Assembly: GCF_001194135.2 (NCBI RefSeq) | Contig: NC_068984.1 | Span: forward strand, 118,707,789-118,771,788 | Origin: Octopus bimaculoides | Lineage: Eukaryota | Length of the DNA stretch: 64,000 nt | Direction of reading: 5' to 3' | In this document: positions 48,719-61,048 of the stretch, one piece after another | Layout: the number at the start of each line of letters is the position of its first letter | Position numbering within the stretch: position 1 is the stretch's first letter | The notes under the pieces: generated by a model | What the model was told of the DNA's origin: nothing | The model's database searches: none | What the model saw: the letters and a program-made list of their open reading frames with translations, nothing else | Translations under genes and position numbers: made by a program

Positions 48719-51700
48719 GTCTAAGGCTATGTTGGGATATCACCTAAGTTTGCTTACAGTGACCCAAGTATTTATTTTATTAACCTTGGAAGGATGAAAT
48801 TTGAAGTGCATTCGGGTGAGATTTGAAATCAGAATGTAAAAGTTCAGAATCAAATACCACAAAATATTTTGGTTCAATGCTTTATTGATTCTCTTCTTCC
48901 AACAAAACTCAAGCCATTTGCTGAAACCATATCACCAACTACACTATAAAGTATCAACAAACACACACACACACACACACCAGTGTTTATAGCTGTTACA
49001 TCAGTAGAATATACTACCATTTGTTGTAAGGTTATGGTTTCAAATTACAACCCACCCTCACTGTACATATGGATTCAGAAGCACTAAGTGGTGGTTTTAC
49101 CTACCAACTAGTTTAGTATGATCTGAAACAGGAGCTGGACTTCTCAACATCTAGCATAATGCCACACCCCACTCTACTATAGTCCCACTAAGTCATGGGA
49201 CCGTTTTAATTTGTGAGTTACATGGCTGCCTCACCACAAGTGCAGGTGCCATGAAAAAAATCACCCAGTATGCTTTGTAAAGTATTTGCTATTAGGAAGA
49301 GTATTCAACCATAGAAGCCATACCAAAGAGCAGAATTAAAGTTGAATGCAGGCCTCTGACTCATCAAATCCTGTTGAGCCACCCAATTCATGCCAGCATG
49401 GAAGATGCCAACATGGATGTTAAATGATGATAATAAGGATAAAGATGAAGGCGACAGGCTGGTAGAATTGTTAGCAAACCTGGAAAAATGCTTAGCGGCA
49501 TTTCATCCATTTGCAAGTTCTGAGTACAAATTCTGCCGAGGTCAATTTTGCCTTTCATCCTTTTGGAGTTGATAAAATAAGTACCAGTTGAATGCTGGGG
49601 TCAATGTAGCCAACTTAGCACCTTCCCTGAAACTGCTGGCCTTGTGCCAAAATTTAAAACCAATAATGATAAGGATGACATCTTCCAGTGAGAAGAGATT
49701 TTTACTAATGCTAATGGATTTTCTTTTCCTCATTTGAAACAATTAAAAATTATTTTTAGTAAAACAAATTGAATATGGGAGCTTGCACTTAAAATGCTAT
49801 CCTGGCCCATACACACTAACATAATTCCAGCCAACCAGAGAAATGTCTCTTGGTACTCTTTTCCTTTCTTGTTTTTGACAACAACTTTCAATGTAACCTT
49901 GTTACATGAACCATTACCATTTATAACATTAAAAATTACTTTGCGGAAATTTTAAAAATTTCTATTACATAAACTTTTAGCAGATAATTTGATCTAAGTA
50001 AAAGAATAAACTTACATTTAGAAAGTTTCATGTTTTACTGTTCTCAATACCAAACTTCTTAATACTTTCCCAGTTAAATTGATACCAAGCTGAAATCTGA
50101 AACAACTAGTGAACGTGACTGCAAGTCAAAATGTAATACTTATTTCACCTACCCACTTACATTTTAAGACAACCTTCAAGTGCAGCTCTGCTTTTCACCA
50201 TTTTATTTCTCTTCATTTCCCATAATTCTATATTATTCATTTACTGGTATTTTCTTCAATATTCAGGAATATTACAATTAAAATGGCAACTTATGACACA
50301 ACAGAATATACACAGAATTCTCCAGAGAATTCTAGAACATGTTTTTATGTATCTATTTTTAATTGACTTTTATAATGTGACTTGATGAACTTGGCATTGT
50401 TTATGATTTCCTCTCATGTTTTACAGTCATTTGTAATGCTAGATGTGGTTATCAATCTCAGGAAAAAAAAAAAAAAATTGGAATAAAAAAGCAACATAAT
50501 TGTTTTAATGTTTTTAACATTTGAGAATGCTTCATTTTCTCCACTGAATAATAATTAAAAACAAATGCTGTCTCATGAATAATTTTCCTTTTATTTTTTT
50601 TATTTCATTTATTTATTTGTTTGTTTTTTTCTCGTATAGATTAAAACCTGTGTATTATAATTAAGTTTCTTAAGATCTTTATTATATTTCAATATTTGAA
50701 ACCAGAAAATATATCTCTTTTACTCTTTTACTTTTTCCAGTCATGTTGACTGTGGCCATACTGGAGTACTGCCTTTTAGTCAGAGGAATTGACCCCTGGA
50801 CTTATTCTTTGTAAACCTGGTTCTAATTCTATCAGTCTCTTTTACCGAACCGCTAAGTTATGGGAACATAAACACACCAACATTGGTTGTCAAGTGATGG
50901 TAGAGGGGACAAACACACAAATATATACATATATATAGAATAAGTGTCAAGCTTAAAAAAAAAAAATAAACACTGGGGTTGATTCATTCAACTAAAACTT
51001 CCCAGTATGGCCACAGTCTAATGACTGAAACAAGTAAAAGACAGAATTTATCTGATAAACAAATACATTGAAAACAAAAACAAAAAGATAAAACCTACCA
51101 TTTTATTACATAAATATGTGGTTGGTATCACTTTAGAACCAAATTATCAATTAATCTTATTTCCCAGTGCCACAGAAGGTATTTTTTTTAAAGATATTTA
51201 TACATAAAGGGCATATGTCTACAAGGCCACTTGTACTTTTGCCAAAGACAGCTAATATGGTAAAAACCTTTGAAGTTGTTTCTCTTGCTTGTCAGACCAG
51301 AGCATAATTTTTCCTTAATCACCGTATTTAACCCTACTGTGGTTAATTATGATTGCTAAATTATTGTAAATAATCAAATCTACTTATTTTTATTACTTAT
51401 TGTAAAAGTATCTATTCTGCTAACAAATAAAAAAATTTAAAAATTGGTTCATGCTATCACCAAAAGTCTTGCATAAATCATATCCATTGTGGCACAGAAT
51501 GGAAATCAAAGACACAGATTTGAAGATGAATAATATTTAAGTGGTTTTAAAATATTTGATCTACTGCCTTCCTCAGTTATGTGACCAAATCATTGCCAAG
51601 TGACACAACTTCATAATGGCTACAGTTGTACTAAATTGCCTCAATTTAAGTGCAGTTTTCTTTTATAGTTAAATTCATATGGCTGGCATTCAACCAACAC

Positions 51701-52386
51701 AAAATATACACAAATTTCTAAATCTGGGGGGGAAATATCATTTCAAACAATATGGCATGTTAAAGAAAAGAAAATTCCACAGATAATATTTTTTGTTCTT
51801 TTTTGGAACAGTACCAAGGAAAGAATAATTTAGCAACCTTAGTGTAAAAAAAACCTATTCAATGTTAGGATAAAAAAATATATACACAGCTAATATTTAG
51901 ACAAGAACCTTTACAATTTTCACTGATGAAATTGTAAAAATAGAATATATTATTCATTATATTCTTTGTAACAAACAGGATCTCATGAATTCTTTACTTT
52001 GAATACCGTTTAAATCTTCAATATGAAGGCAAATAACCATATAAATAGATAACTCATTGAAATAGATCTTCCAGCTTGGCTTTTCATTGATATAAACCAA
52101 ATAGTTTGGAAATTTATTTCCTCTCAGAGATTATGTGTGTATGTATGTGTATGTCTCTGTGTATAAGTGTATTCCCTGTGAGTGTGGCAGTGTTAGCTTC
52201 ACCGCTATACAAAATCTACAAAAACAACAGATATTAAAATCAGAATATCGAACATATTGCTTCTATCACCGTTAAGTAAGCTCAGACATCAAAAAAGGTA
52301 AACTGAAAACCTTGTTCTTCAAAATATTTCTTCTGAACTTAGAATGATTTCCTTTAACTACTATTTTTGTTCCCTGCAGCAGTTAC

Positions 52387-52425
52387 CTGACACCATTTTT
52401 TTTTTATTACCAAATGGAGCAGTAA
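52387..52425 (-). CDS. Candidate 39-nt symmetric coding exon (F-TAPFGNKKKMVS-G)
   Basis: atttattatgcacag acceptor and cag|gtaact donor. Phase 1-1, stop-free, joins the 37817 exon in frame (G+GA=Gly). Contains an in-frame ATG in A-rich context. Confidence 0.5.
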
Positions 52426-54214
52426 CTGTGCATAATAAATGCTTCCTTTCTATATCCTTTCTGTTTTCTTATTCTTCTTATGATTACCATCATAGCAAAT
52501 TAGACATACTCTCTTTTTTTCCCCCTGCCCAACAGTGAATTCATCCATCCATCCAGAGGGTGAGAAAGAGAGAAAGAGATGTGAGGTGTTTAATGTCTTT
52601 CCAGCTTCTCAAAAGCTCATTAAAACCCTTATTTTATTAGTGGCTGGGCAATTCCTACATTGAAAAGATTCCAGGGAGCAAATAAATATTTAATAAATAA
52701 CCCACTTCTACATTCAATTTAAGTGATTTTATTTTCCTCTCTTCCATATACATACAGTGTTTTACTGGTACTTAATTTATTGACCACGAAAGGATAAAAG
52801 GCAAAGTTGACCTCGGCAGAATTTGAACTCATAACATAGCAAGAGATGAAATGCCACTAAGCATTTCACCCAGTGTGTTAATGATTCTGACAAATCACCA
52901 CCTTAATAATCACAACAGTAATAATCCTTTCTACTGTAGGCACGAGGCCTGGAATTTGTGGCGAGGGGGTATAATCGATCACATGATCCCCAGTACTTGA
53001 CTGGTACTTAATTTATCAACTCTGAAAGGATGAAAGGCAAAGCAACCTTGGCAGAATTTGAATTCAGAATGCGAAGGCGGATGAAATACTGCTAAGCATT
53101 TTGCCCAGAGTGCTAATGATTCTACGAGCTTGCCGCCTTAAATCATAATAATAATAATAACAACAACAAAAAAAAATGAACTTGGTTTATATAGTGCTCA
53201 GATTTTACACAGTATTTAGATCCACTACAACTCATCAGGAAAAAAGAATAAAATAGAGGACAGAATGCAACAATAAGTCATGTTAAGACAGACAACAATA
53301 GTAGCAAGAAGTACATAGAAAAGAGCAAAAACATTCCACAAAGAGGAAAAGTATCATCAGGAGTAGTATTAGCAAATTTCAGGAAGCACAGAATTTTTGA
53401 AGGATGAAGTGTTCTGACAGCTAAGAACTGTGCAGCTAGTTTATTCAATGCATCAATAATACAAAGCAGGGGGAAAAAAAAAAAAGATTTCTGAAAGTTA
53501 TGGAAGCTGTGCTAAGTATGTCTACAGGTGGTAATGATACTGAATTCAAATAGGTAGTCAAAGTTGTAGTTGGAAAGATGGTGAATAATTTTGTGGAATT
53601 CTATCAAATTAGCTGCTAGACATTGAAAATTTAGTGTGTCAATGCCCAAGGGAGTAAAATGTTCAAAATATGGTAAGCTGGATAATTCATTAAATTATAG
53701 GCAATACACTACAGAAGCGTTCTTCATGTGATGTATCTAAGGAAAAGTTATTTTGATGGATAGTTTATTCTTTCAAACTGTAAACTCATTAATCAAATTT
53801 ATTATTACATGCCCGTGATATGTAAAATACACCCAGTACACTCTATGGAATGGTCAACGTTAGGAAGAGCATCTAACTGTAGAAACCAAATGAAAATGGA
53901 CCGGAGCCTGGTGCAGTTCTATGGCTTAGCAGTATCAGTCAAACCATCTACCCTTGCCAGCATGGAAAACAGATACTAAATGATGATGATGATGATGATG
54001 AGGAGGAGGAGGAGGAGGAGGAGGAGGAGTTTATTTATTCTACAAATCTTATTTCATTAAAATTCAATGCCGATTTCCATTACTGGTCTATAATACTGGC
54101 ATTTAGGTAAATTAACTCCTAAAACTTCCCATGGAACACTATACTGCACAAGACTGCATCAGTCAGCCATCCTGAAATGCATGATATCACAAGGATTGTT
54201 CTAACTTTGCTTAC

Positions 54215-54273
54215 ATTCATTTTGAGGGAAGGGAGAAAGAAATCTCAAACCTTTTCTATCGTTCATTTCTGTT
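54215..54273 (-). CDS. Candidate start-codon exon (ATG at 54266; MNDRKGLRFLSPFPQNE)
   Basis: gattctgttacag acceptor and aat|gtaagc donor. Phase-1 end joins 52387-52425 in frame (T+TT=Phe). Confidence 0.5.
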
Positions 54274-54863
54274 CTGTAACAGAATCATTACAAAACTGGG
54301 TTTTTTTTGTTTTTTTTTACTCGAAAAATTTTGAACAGGGGCATAGAGTTATGTGTTGCACCTACAATAAATTTGAACTTTAGACCTCTGGGCTAGTAAT
54401 AAAGTATCTTATCCACTTCACCATTTCACCTTTACTTATTCACCAAGTTTTATTTTCCTAGAACTAACATTTTGCCACTGAACTTTTCCATGTTAGTCAC
54501 TTTAATACAATGCAATATTTAACAATATTCTAATAACACTGCAACATTTCACTTCATATTAGATTTGAATATCACACACAATGCTCTTTTTTGCTTCATA
54601 ATGACACAAAGTTTTGCTAAATGTCTCCTATATTGCCAACAAGAATTATTTCTATTAGAGTTGTAAAGACTACTGGATCTAATAACCTCATCTTTAATGT
54701 ATGTATGTTGAATGAGATAATAGTAATAATAATAATTTTCTTTATTTATTTACAAACATACACCCACGTCTGGCTGTCTCACTCATTGTCATTATCAGTC
54801 ATGTTATATTATGCATGTGTGTATGTGTGTACATATATGTACATCACACACACACATACAGAG

Positions 54864-54895
<32 letters not shown>

Positions 54896-54911
54896 TGCAT
54901 AACTGTATGTA

Positions 54912-54963
<52 letters not shown>

Positions 54964-55566
54964 ATGTACATGGTTGTGTGGTAAGAAGTTTGTTACCCGA
55001 CCACATGATTCTGNNNNNNNNNNNNNNNNNNNNNNNNNNNNNNNNNNNNNNNNNNNNNNNNNNNNNNNNNNNNNNNNNNNNNNNNNNNNNNNNNNNNNNN
55101 NNNNNNNNNNNNNNNNNNNNNNNNNNNNNNNNNNNNNNNNNNNNNNNNNNNNNNNNNNNNNNNNNNNNNNNNNNNNNNNNNNNNNNNNNNNNNNNNNNNN
55201 NNNNNNNNNNNNNNNNNNNNNNNNNNNNNNNNNNNNNNNNNNNNNNNNNNNNNNNNNNNNNNNNNNNNNNNNNNNNNNNNNNNNNNNNNNNNNNNNNNNN
55301 NNNNNNNNNNNNNNNNNNNNNNNNNNNNNNNNNNNNNNNNNNNNNNNNNNNNNNNNNNNNNNNNNNNNNNNNNNNNNNNNNNNNNNNNNNNNNNNNNNNN
55401 NNNNNNNNNNNNNNNNNNNNNNNNNNNNNNNNNNNNNNNNNNNNNNNNNNNNNNNNNNNNNNNNNNNNNNNNNNNNNNNNNNNNNNNNNNNNNNNNNNNN
55501 NNNNNNNNNNNNNNNNNNNNNNNNNNNNNNNNNNNNNNNNNNNNNNNNNNNNNNNNNNNNNNNNNN

Positions 55567-55609
<43 letters not shown>

Positions 55610-56799
55610 TAAATACATGCACATATATACCAATATATACACATACACATGTGCGTGTATGTGTCTGTGTGTACAGCATCTATAGACAGAAGGAGAGAAG
55701 AGGGAGAAAGAAAGGTAGAGGAATGGAAGGACATTATCATGTCTGTTATTCTAATAAGTATCATATTGATCATCATTCTATTATCTTGGTCACTACTGTA
55801 CTAAGTATACAGCAACATATTAACACTTTCCTTGTTCTACAGCACGCACAGAGAAAGGTCACATATTATAAATAAAGTCATTATGTAAAAAGTTTTACCA
55901 ACATTGATCAGAATTCTTTATTAACATATTGGAAATATATGTACATAAAAAAAGATATAAAATAATAGATTCTAGATTCATTTTCAACTCAAGGCAATGT
56001 GGACATGCTAAAATATGGCCTCTGAATTATATACCAGAAATGACCCAACGTTCCAAGTTCTTTTACAGGGCTTAGAAAAACTGAAGGACTGCTGCAATAA
56101 GTATGTGAATGTGAGAGGGGAATATGTTGAATAAAATCATAATTAACTAATCCTCCTGTACTTTCTTTTATCCAAAAACCAGGAACTTTTTAGCACACCA
56201 TTATACTTAACGATTCTCTCATCACTACGATGCAGTCTGTCTCATTGAAGAGGTTTAATAAGACAGAAAAATGTCTGTGGTTATCTCTCATGCTTGCCAA
56301 ATTAATTGTAATAATATCTGTCATTGAGCTAGTTATGTACGCACACACACACACATTCATATATGAAAGAGTATGTATATCCTATCTATATGCCTTATAT
56401 ATATCCTATCCTATATATATATATATATATCCTATCCTATATATATATATATATNNNNNNNNNNATCAACTGCAGTAATCATTTTTTAATAAGTTATAGG
56501 AATGTAAACAAACTAATGCTAGTTGTCAAATAGTGGTGGGGACAAACACAAAGACATGCACACACACACACACACACACACACAATGGGCTTCTTTCAGT
56601 TTCTGTCTACCAAATTCACTTACTTGGCTTTGGTCAGCCCAGGACTATAGTAAAAGAGAATTTACTGAAAGTGTCATGAAGTGGGACTGAACCTGGAAGT
56701 TCCTAAGAAGCATAAAAAATGTGTATAAAAGCTAAGGACCAGATGAGATAGTTAAAATCCAATATCAAGTGAAGGGAGACGAAATCCAGGTAAATAAAA

Positions 56800-57090
56800 G
56801 TTAGCTATAGAAAATGTAGTGGTCGAGTGAATGAAAGCATAATGAAATAAAAGGTGGGCAGGTGGTTGTTAAGGGCATCAAAGCATTTGTAAATAAGTGC
56901 TACAGAAGTATAAATATAATTAAGTAGAGAAAGAGGAAAATCTGGGAAGTGAAAGTTCTTAGTAGTTCTTCATAGATAGGTACAAAAAGTTGGTTTGCTA
57001 ATAATGCAGATGATAGAGGGGAATATCTAAGCAGTCCTTTGTAATAGTTCTTCATAGATAAATATCTGGAGAGGAGTTCATACCTCACAG
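56800..57090 (-). mobile_element. Penelope-like RT remnant
   Basis: NYYKGL..YSPLSSALLANQLFVPIYEELL...IFLF.YLIIF...DALNNHLPTFYF resembles PLE RT GSPLSP.LANLFM...RY.DDIF...LN..HP.IKF. Confidence 0.5.
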
Positions 57091-57523
57091 ATAAAAGAGA
57101 AGAGAATAAAAGTAATTTAGTATTCTTTATTTCTTGAATGCTAACGCTAGCACTCCCACTCTGCTTATTACAGTCTATTTTGTTTTGGGCAACTGCAAAA
57201 TATCCACAAACTTATGTCAGCACCGGATAACAATTTCATTCTTTTCGTTTGATAATGATCTATAATCTGCCCTTAAAATCCCAAGTGTTTCACAAGTACC
57301 AAGAAGACAATCCTTCCTATAACCCTGGAACATTTGGCAGATTTTTAAAAAGGCCACTCTAAGTTATAACTGACACACTGAGATTTTGGGTTAAAACTAT
57401 ATTCAGTGAGAGAAGTTGAATACTTGAGTTTTTCATTAGATAACAAGTAACATCGTCATCACCCTCATCATTTAATGTCCATGTTCCAAACTGGCATGGG
57501 TTGGACAGTTTGGCAGGATTTAA

Positions 57524-57744
57524 CCCTTTAGCATTCAGATCATTCTGTCAATTGTAATGCTTATTAACTTATATTGTTTTGAATTAAACATGCATTTTCA
57601 TGTAGCTTCAAGATTTCACTGATGCAATTGCTTATTTGTAAGAATGACATTATAGGGTCTGTGTGAGAGGCTGGATCTGGCCAATTTGAACATAAAACAA
57701 GTAGGACATTTCAGTCAGATATGGCCGGTTTAAATGCTAAAGGG
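57524..57744. mobile_element. TTAA-specific (piggyBac-type) MITE; older copy at 40620-40842
   Basis: TTAA|ccctttagcatt ... aatgctaaaggg|TTAA; inserted in a family-4 repeat. Confidence 0.85.
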
Positions 57745-58950
57745 TTAATGAGTGTGAAAGCTGCATTGTACTCCAGTTTCTGCTTCGGCATGGTTTCTAT
57801 GGTTGGATACCTTTCCTATAACCAACCACTTTACAGTGTGTACTGGGTGGGGTTTTTTTTTATGTCACCAGTACTATTGTGGTTGCCACACAAATTGCAA
57901 GATGACAAACCTCAGAGGAGGTAGGGATCAGCTTTATGCTGATTAAAGTATGAGAGAAAGTGGGATCGGAACAAGTTCTTGTAAGGGATCTGCATAGCTA
58001 CTCACATTTAGCAACAGAGAGAGGGAGAAAGAGGAAAGAGAAATGATCAGTAAGAGTTAAAAAGAGATGGATAGTAGCAATGAGATGCCCACATGGCCCC
58101 ACAAGGCACAAATTGAATAGAAGTAGATGGGTGTTTTGCAAGATTGTATGGGTAGCAGGAAATGAAGGGAAGAGGAAACTGACTGCATCTGTAAAAATTG
58201 GGTAGGATTAAAGGGTGGATGACCAATAAACCATGAGTTAGGGAAGACAGAAGGATGCATAAAATTAGTGGGGGTGATGCAAATAAAATCTTGCATTAAA
58301 AATATTGCAGTAGAGCCTAAATAAAATTTAGAAGTATTATGAGTTCAAAAAGTACACTTATATCATTTATATAATACACTTTTATGCTCACAATATCTTT
58401 TTAATGGGTAATTATCAGTTACTCTGGGGTTACATCAAAACCCAGAATGATTATGTTTTAACAAGTTACTGTTTGATTCAGAGACTTCAATGCATTTGGG
58501 GCTGTCTGAAGAATCATAAATTTTAAAATTACTATTATAAATACTGTTACTCTTACTACAACATGAGATCAATTGACTGATCAATTGAATTTTCCTTCAA
58601 TGAAAATTTATTGTGAGGGTGAGTTGGCAGAATAGTTAGTGTGCCAGACAAAATACTTAGCAGTATTTCTTTCCGAATTCCGACAAGATGGTTTTAGCCT
58701 TTTAGCCTTTCAGGGTTAATAAAATAAGTATCTTCTGAGCACTGAGGTTAACATAATTGCCTTGCTCACTCCCTCTAAAATTGCTGGCCTTATGCCAAAA
58801 ATTTGAAAACATTATTATTATCATTACTATTGTTATTTTTGTCATCTTCCTCAACACTATTATCATTGTTCAGTTTACAGTGATTAGATGTTGCTATTAT
58901 AGCTGCCAAGTTAGGTGTAGCAGAGTAAAATAATTTGACAGTTGACTTAC

Positions 58951-59030
58951 TAAAATTTGGTGGCATTTATGCAAATTGGAAAGTTATTTTTGAGGATTTT
59001 AAAGAATATCCCCACCAGAGATGTTTTAAC
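58951..59030 (-). other. Candidate 80-nt spliced exon, probably 5' UTR
   Basis: atttcttacag acceptor and gtaagt donor. Joining it to the 54273 exon creates an in-frame TAA just before the 54266 ATG, consistent with UTR. Confidence 0.5.
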
Positions 59031-60379
59031 CTGTAAGAAATATGGAAGGTTATACCATGTTATATTTCGTTTTTTGTTTTTCCTGTTACCATACATTGGT
59101 AGAGTATTGTTAGTTGAAATTCAATAAACATTATTTATTTTAGATGATAGCTATTAGGAGTTAATACTAAGAATTTTTATTAGCATTATTAGATTCAGAG
59201 ACCTTATTAATACATATTTTATCAATTCTTTTGTTAGTATTTCTGATAAGTTTCTTTATGCTACTACTGTTATTGTTATGACTTTTGTTTTGAGTATTTA
59301 ATGATACTCATATTTTATTTTTATTCTTGGAAACATTAATAATATTGGTAGTTCTTGTTGGTGTATTAGTCTATGTTACTAATACCATCTTTTATTATTT
59401 GTCAGCACATTAACTTGTCTCAATACAGTGCTCTTGCAATTATTACCAAATTTATCACTCTTATTAGTTGGAGATTTCAAATAATAGATATTATCTGAGA
59501 AACAGACATTCTTTTCTACTCTAGGCAAAAGGCCCAAAATTTTGGGGGAGGGAGGGCAGTCAATTAGATCGACTCCAGTACAAAACTGGTACTTAATTCA
59601 TTGACTCTGAAAGGATGAAAAGCAAAGTCGACCTCAGCGGAATTTGAACTTAGAACGCAGACAGACAAAATATTGCTAAGCATTTTGCCCGGAGTGCTAA
59701 CGTTTCTGCCATTTCGCCACCTTAATGATGATGATGATGATGATGATGACAATGACTGATGATGATGATGATGATGGCAATGATAATGACGATGGTGATG
59801 ATGATGATCTTTAGTTATAGAAGTATTTCTATCCTTAAAAATCTTATATTCAACCTGAGCAGTTGTATAAGTATTCTCAGAGATATTCTTTTGGTTGAGT
59901 ATAAGATTCAGTTTAGTATTCTAGATATATTTTATTTTTTCATCACACCCACTTTCCAATGAACCTTTATTACTAGCAGGCCTCGTGAATATTTCCTGGA
60001 ATTATGGATAAACTTATTGGGTTATTTCTGAAAACTTTATCCAAAAAACCTGACAGTGTAGCCTGTGTTGTGTTTGTATCAAAAGATAGCTATTCATCTG
60101 CTAATCATTGAAAAGTGAAGGAAATTGGAATACAATGATTACTTAATGCACTTTATATACATACTTTCTATACTTTATGCATGATTATATAAACTTAATA
60201 CACATCACTTTCCCTCTTTCTCTCTCATTCTTTGCTTTACCCTCTTTTAATCTCTTTTTTTTCTTTCGATCTCGCCTTTCCCTTCAACTGATCACATGGA
60301 AGCATTACAGACGGGCTAAGTAATGGAGGAAAAAAACTTAGTTAAAAAAGAAATAATTACACATTTCACTCACCACCAC

Positions 60380-60720
60380 CTCTCCATCCCACACTCATTT
60401 CTCTCCTCCCCTCCCACCTCTACACTGTGTTTCAGAAAAATACAAGCTGGTTACCTGAGATTAAACATCACCAGTACCTTATCTTTAATTCACGAAAAGT
60501 CAAAATATCTGATTATAAGATTAAAATTCCCCAGGTTATTAACCTTCATTTTATATAAATATTTACAATACTCATATCTATATTACATCTATTGAACCAA
60601 TCAAAACGTAGCAATATCCTAACCACCAAACTACAAATATACATATACAGGAATAAGACACCTGATGAAGATCAGAAACAGATCAAACAGATCAAAATGA
60701 AGTATTGATATAACTACTGT
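60380..60720 (+). mobile_element. Degenerate Penelope-like 3' terminus
   Basis: gacac CTGATGA agatc...gatc AAAA at 60657-60697, after AT/C-rich ORF-like sequence. Confidence 0.35.
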
Positions 60721-61017
60721 AAATATCCATTCTAAAGAGAGAATGTTCTGGGTTATAAATCCTAATATAGAATTCTAATGTGAGCAGAAGATCACAAATT
60801 TTTAATATAGACATGAGGATACAAATTTATACAAATTTTTACTTTGAGCACAAGCGCATAAATTTCCAATATGGACACGGGGGCATAAATTGTGTTCATA
60901 TAAATGAACACAAAGGCACACATTTTAGGGAAAGAGAGTATATATGTGTGTGCACACATTTGTATACATACATATATATACATATATACACATATATGCA
61001 TAATGATGATGATGATG

Positions 61018-61048
<31 letters not shown>

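Noticed and set aside
50161-50230. Minus-strand GTAAGT donor with MKRNKMVKSRAALEGCLK
   Set aside because: Phase 2 is incompatible with the phase-1 main exon; no other support.
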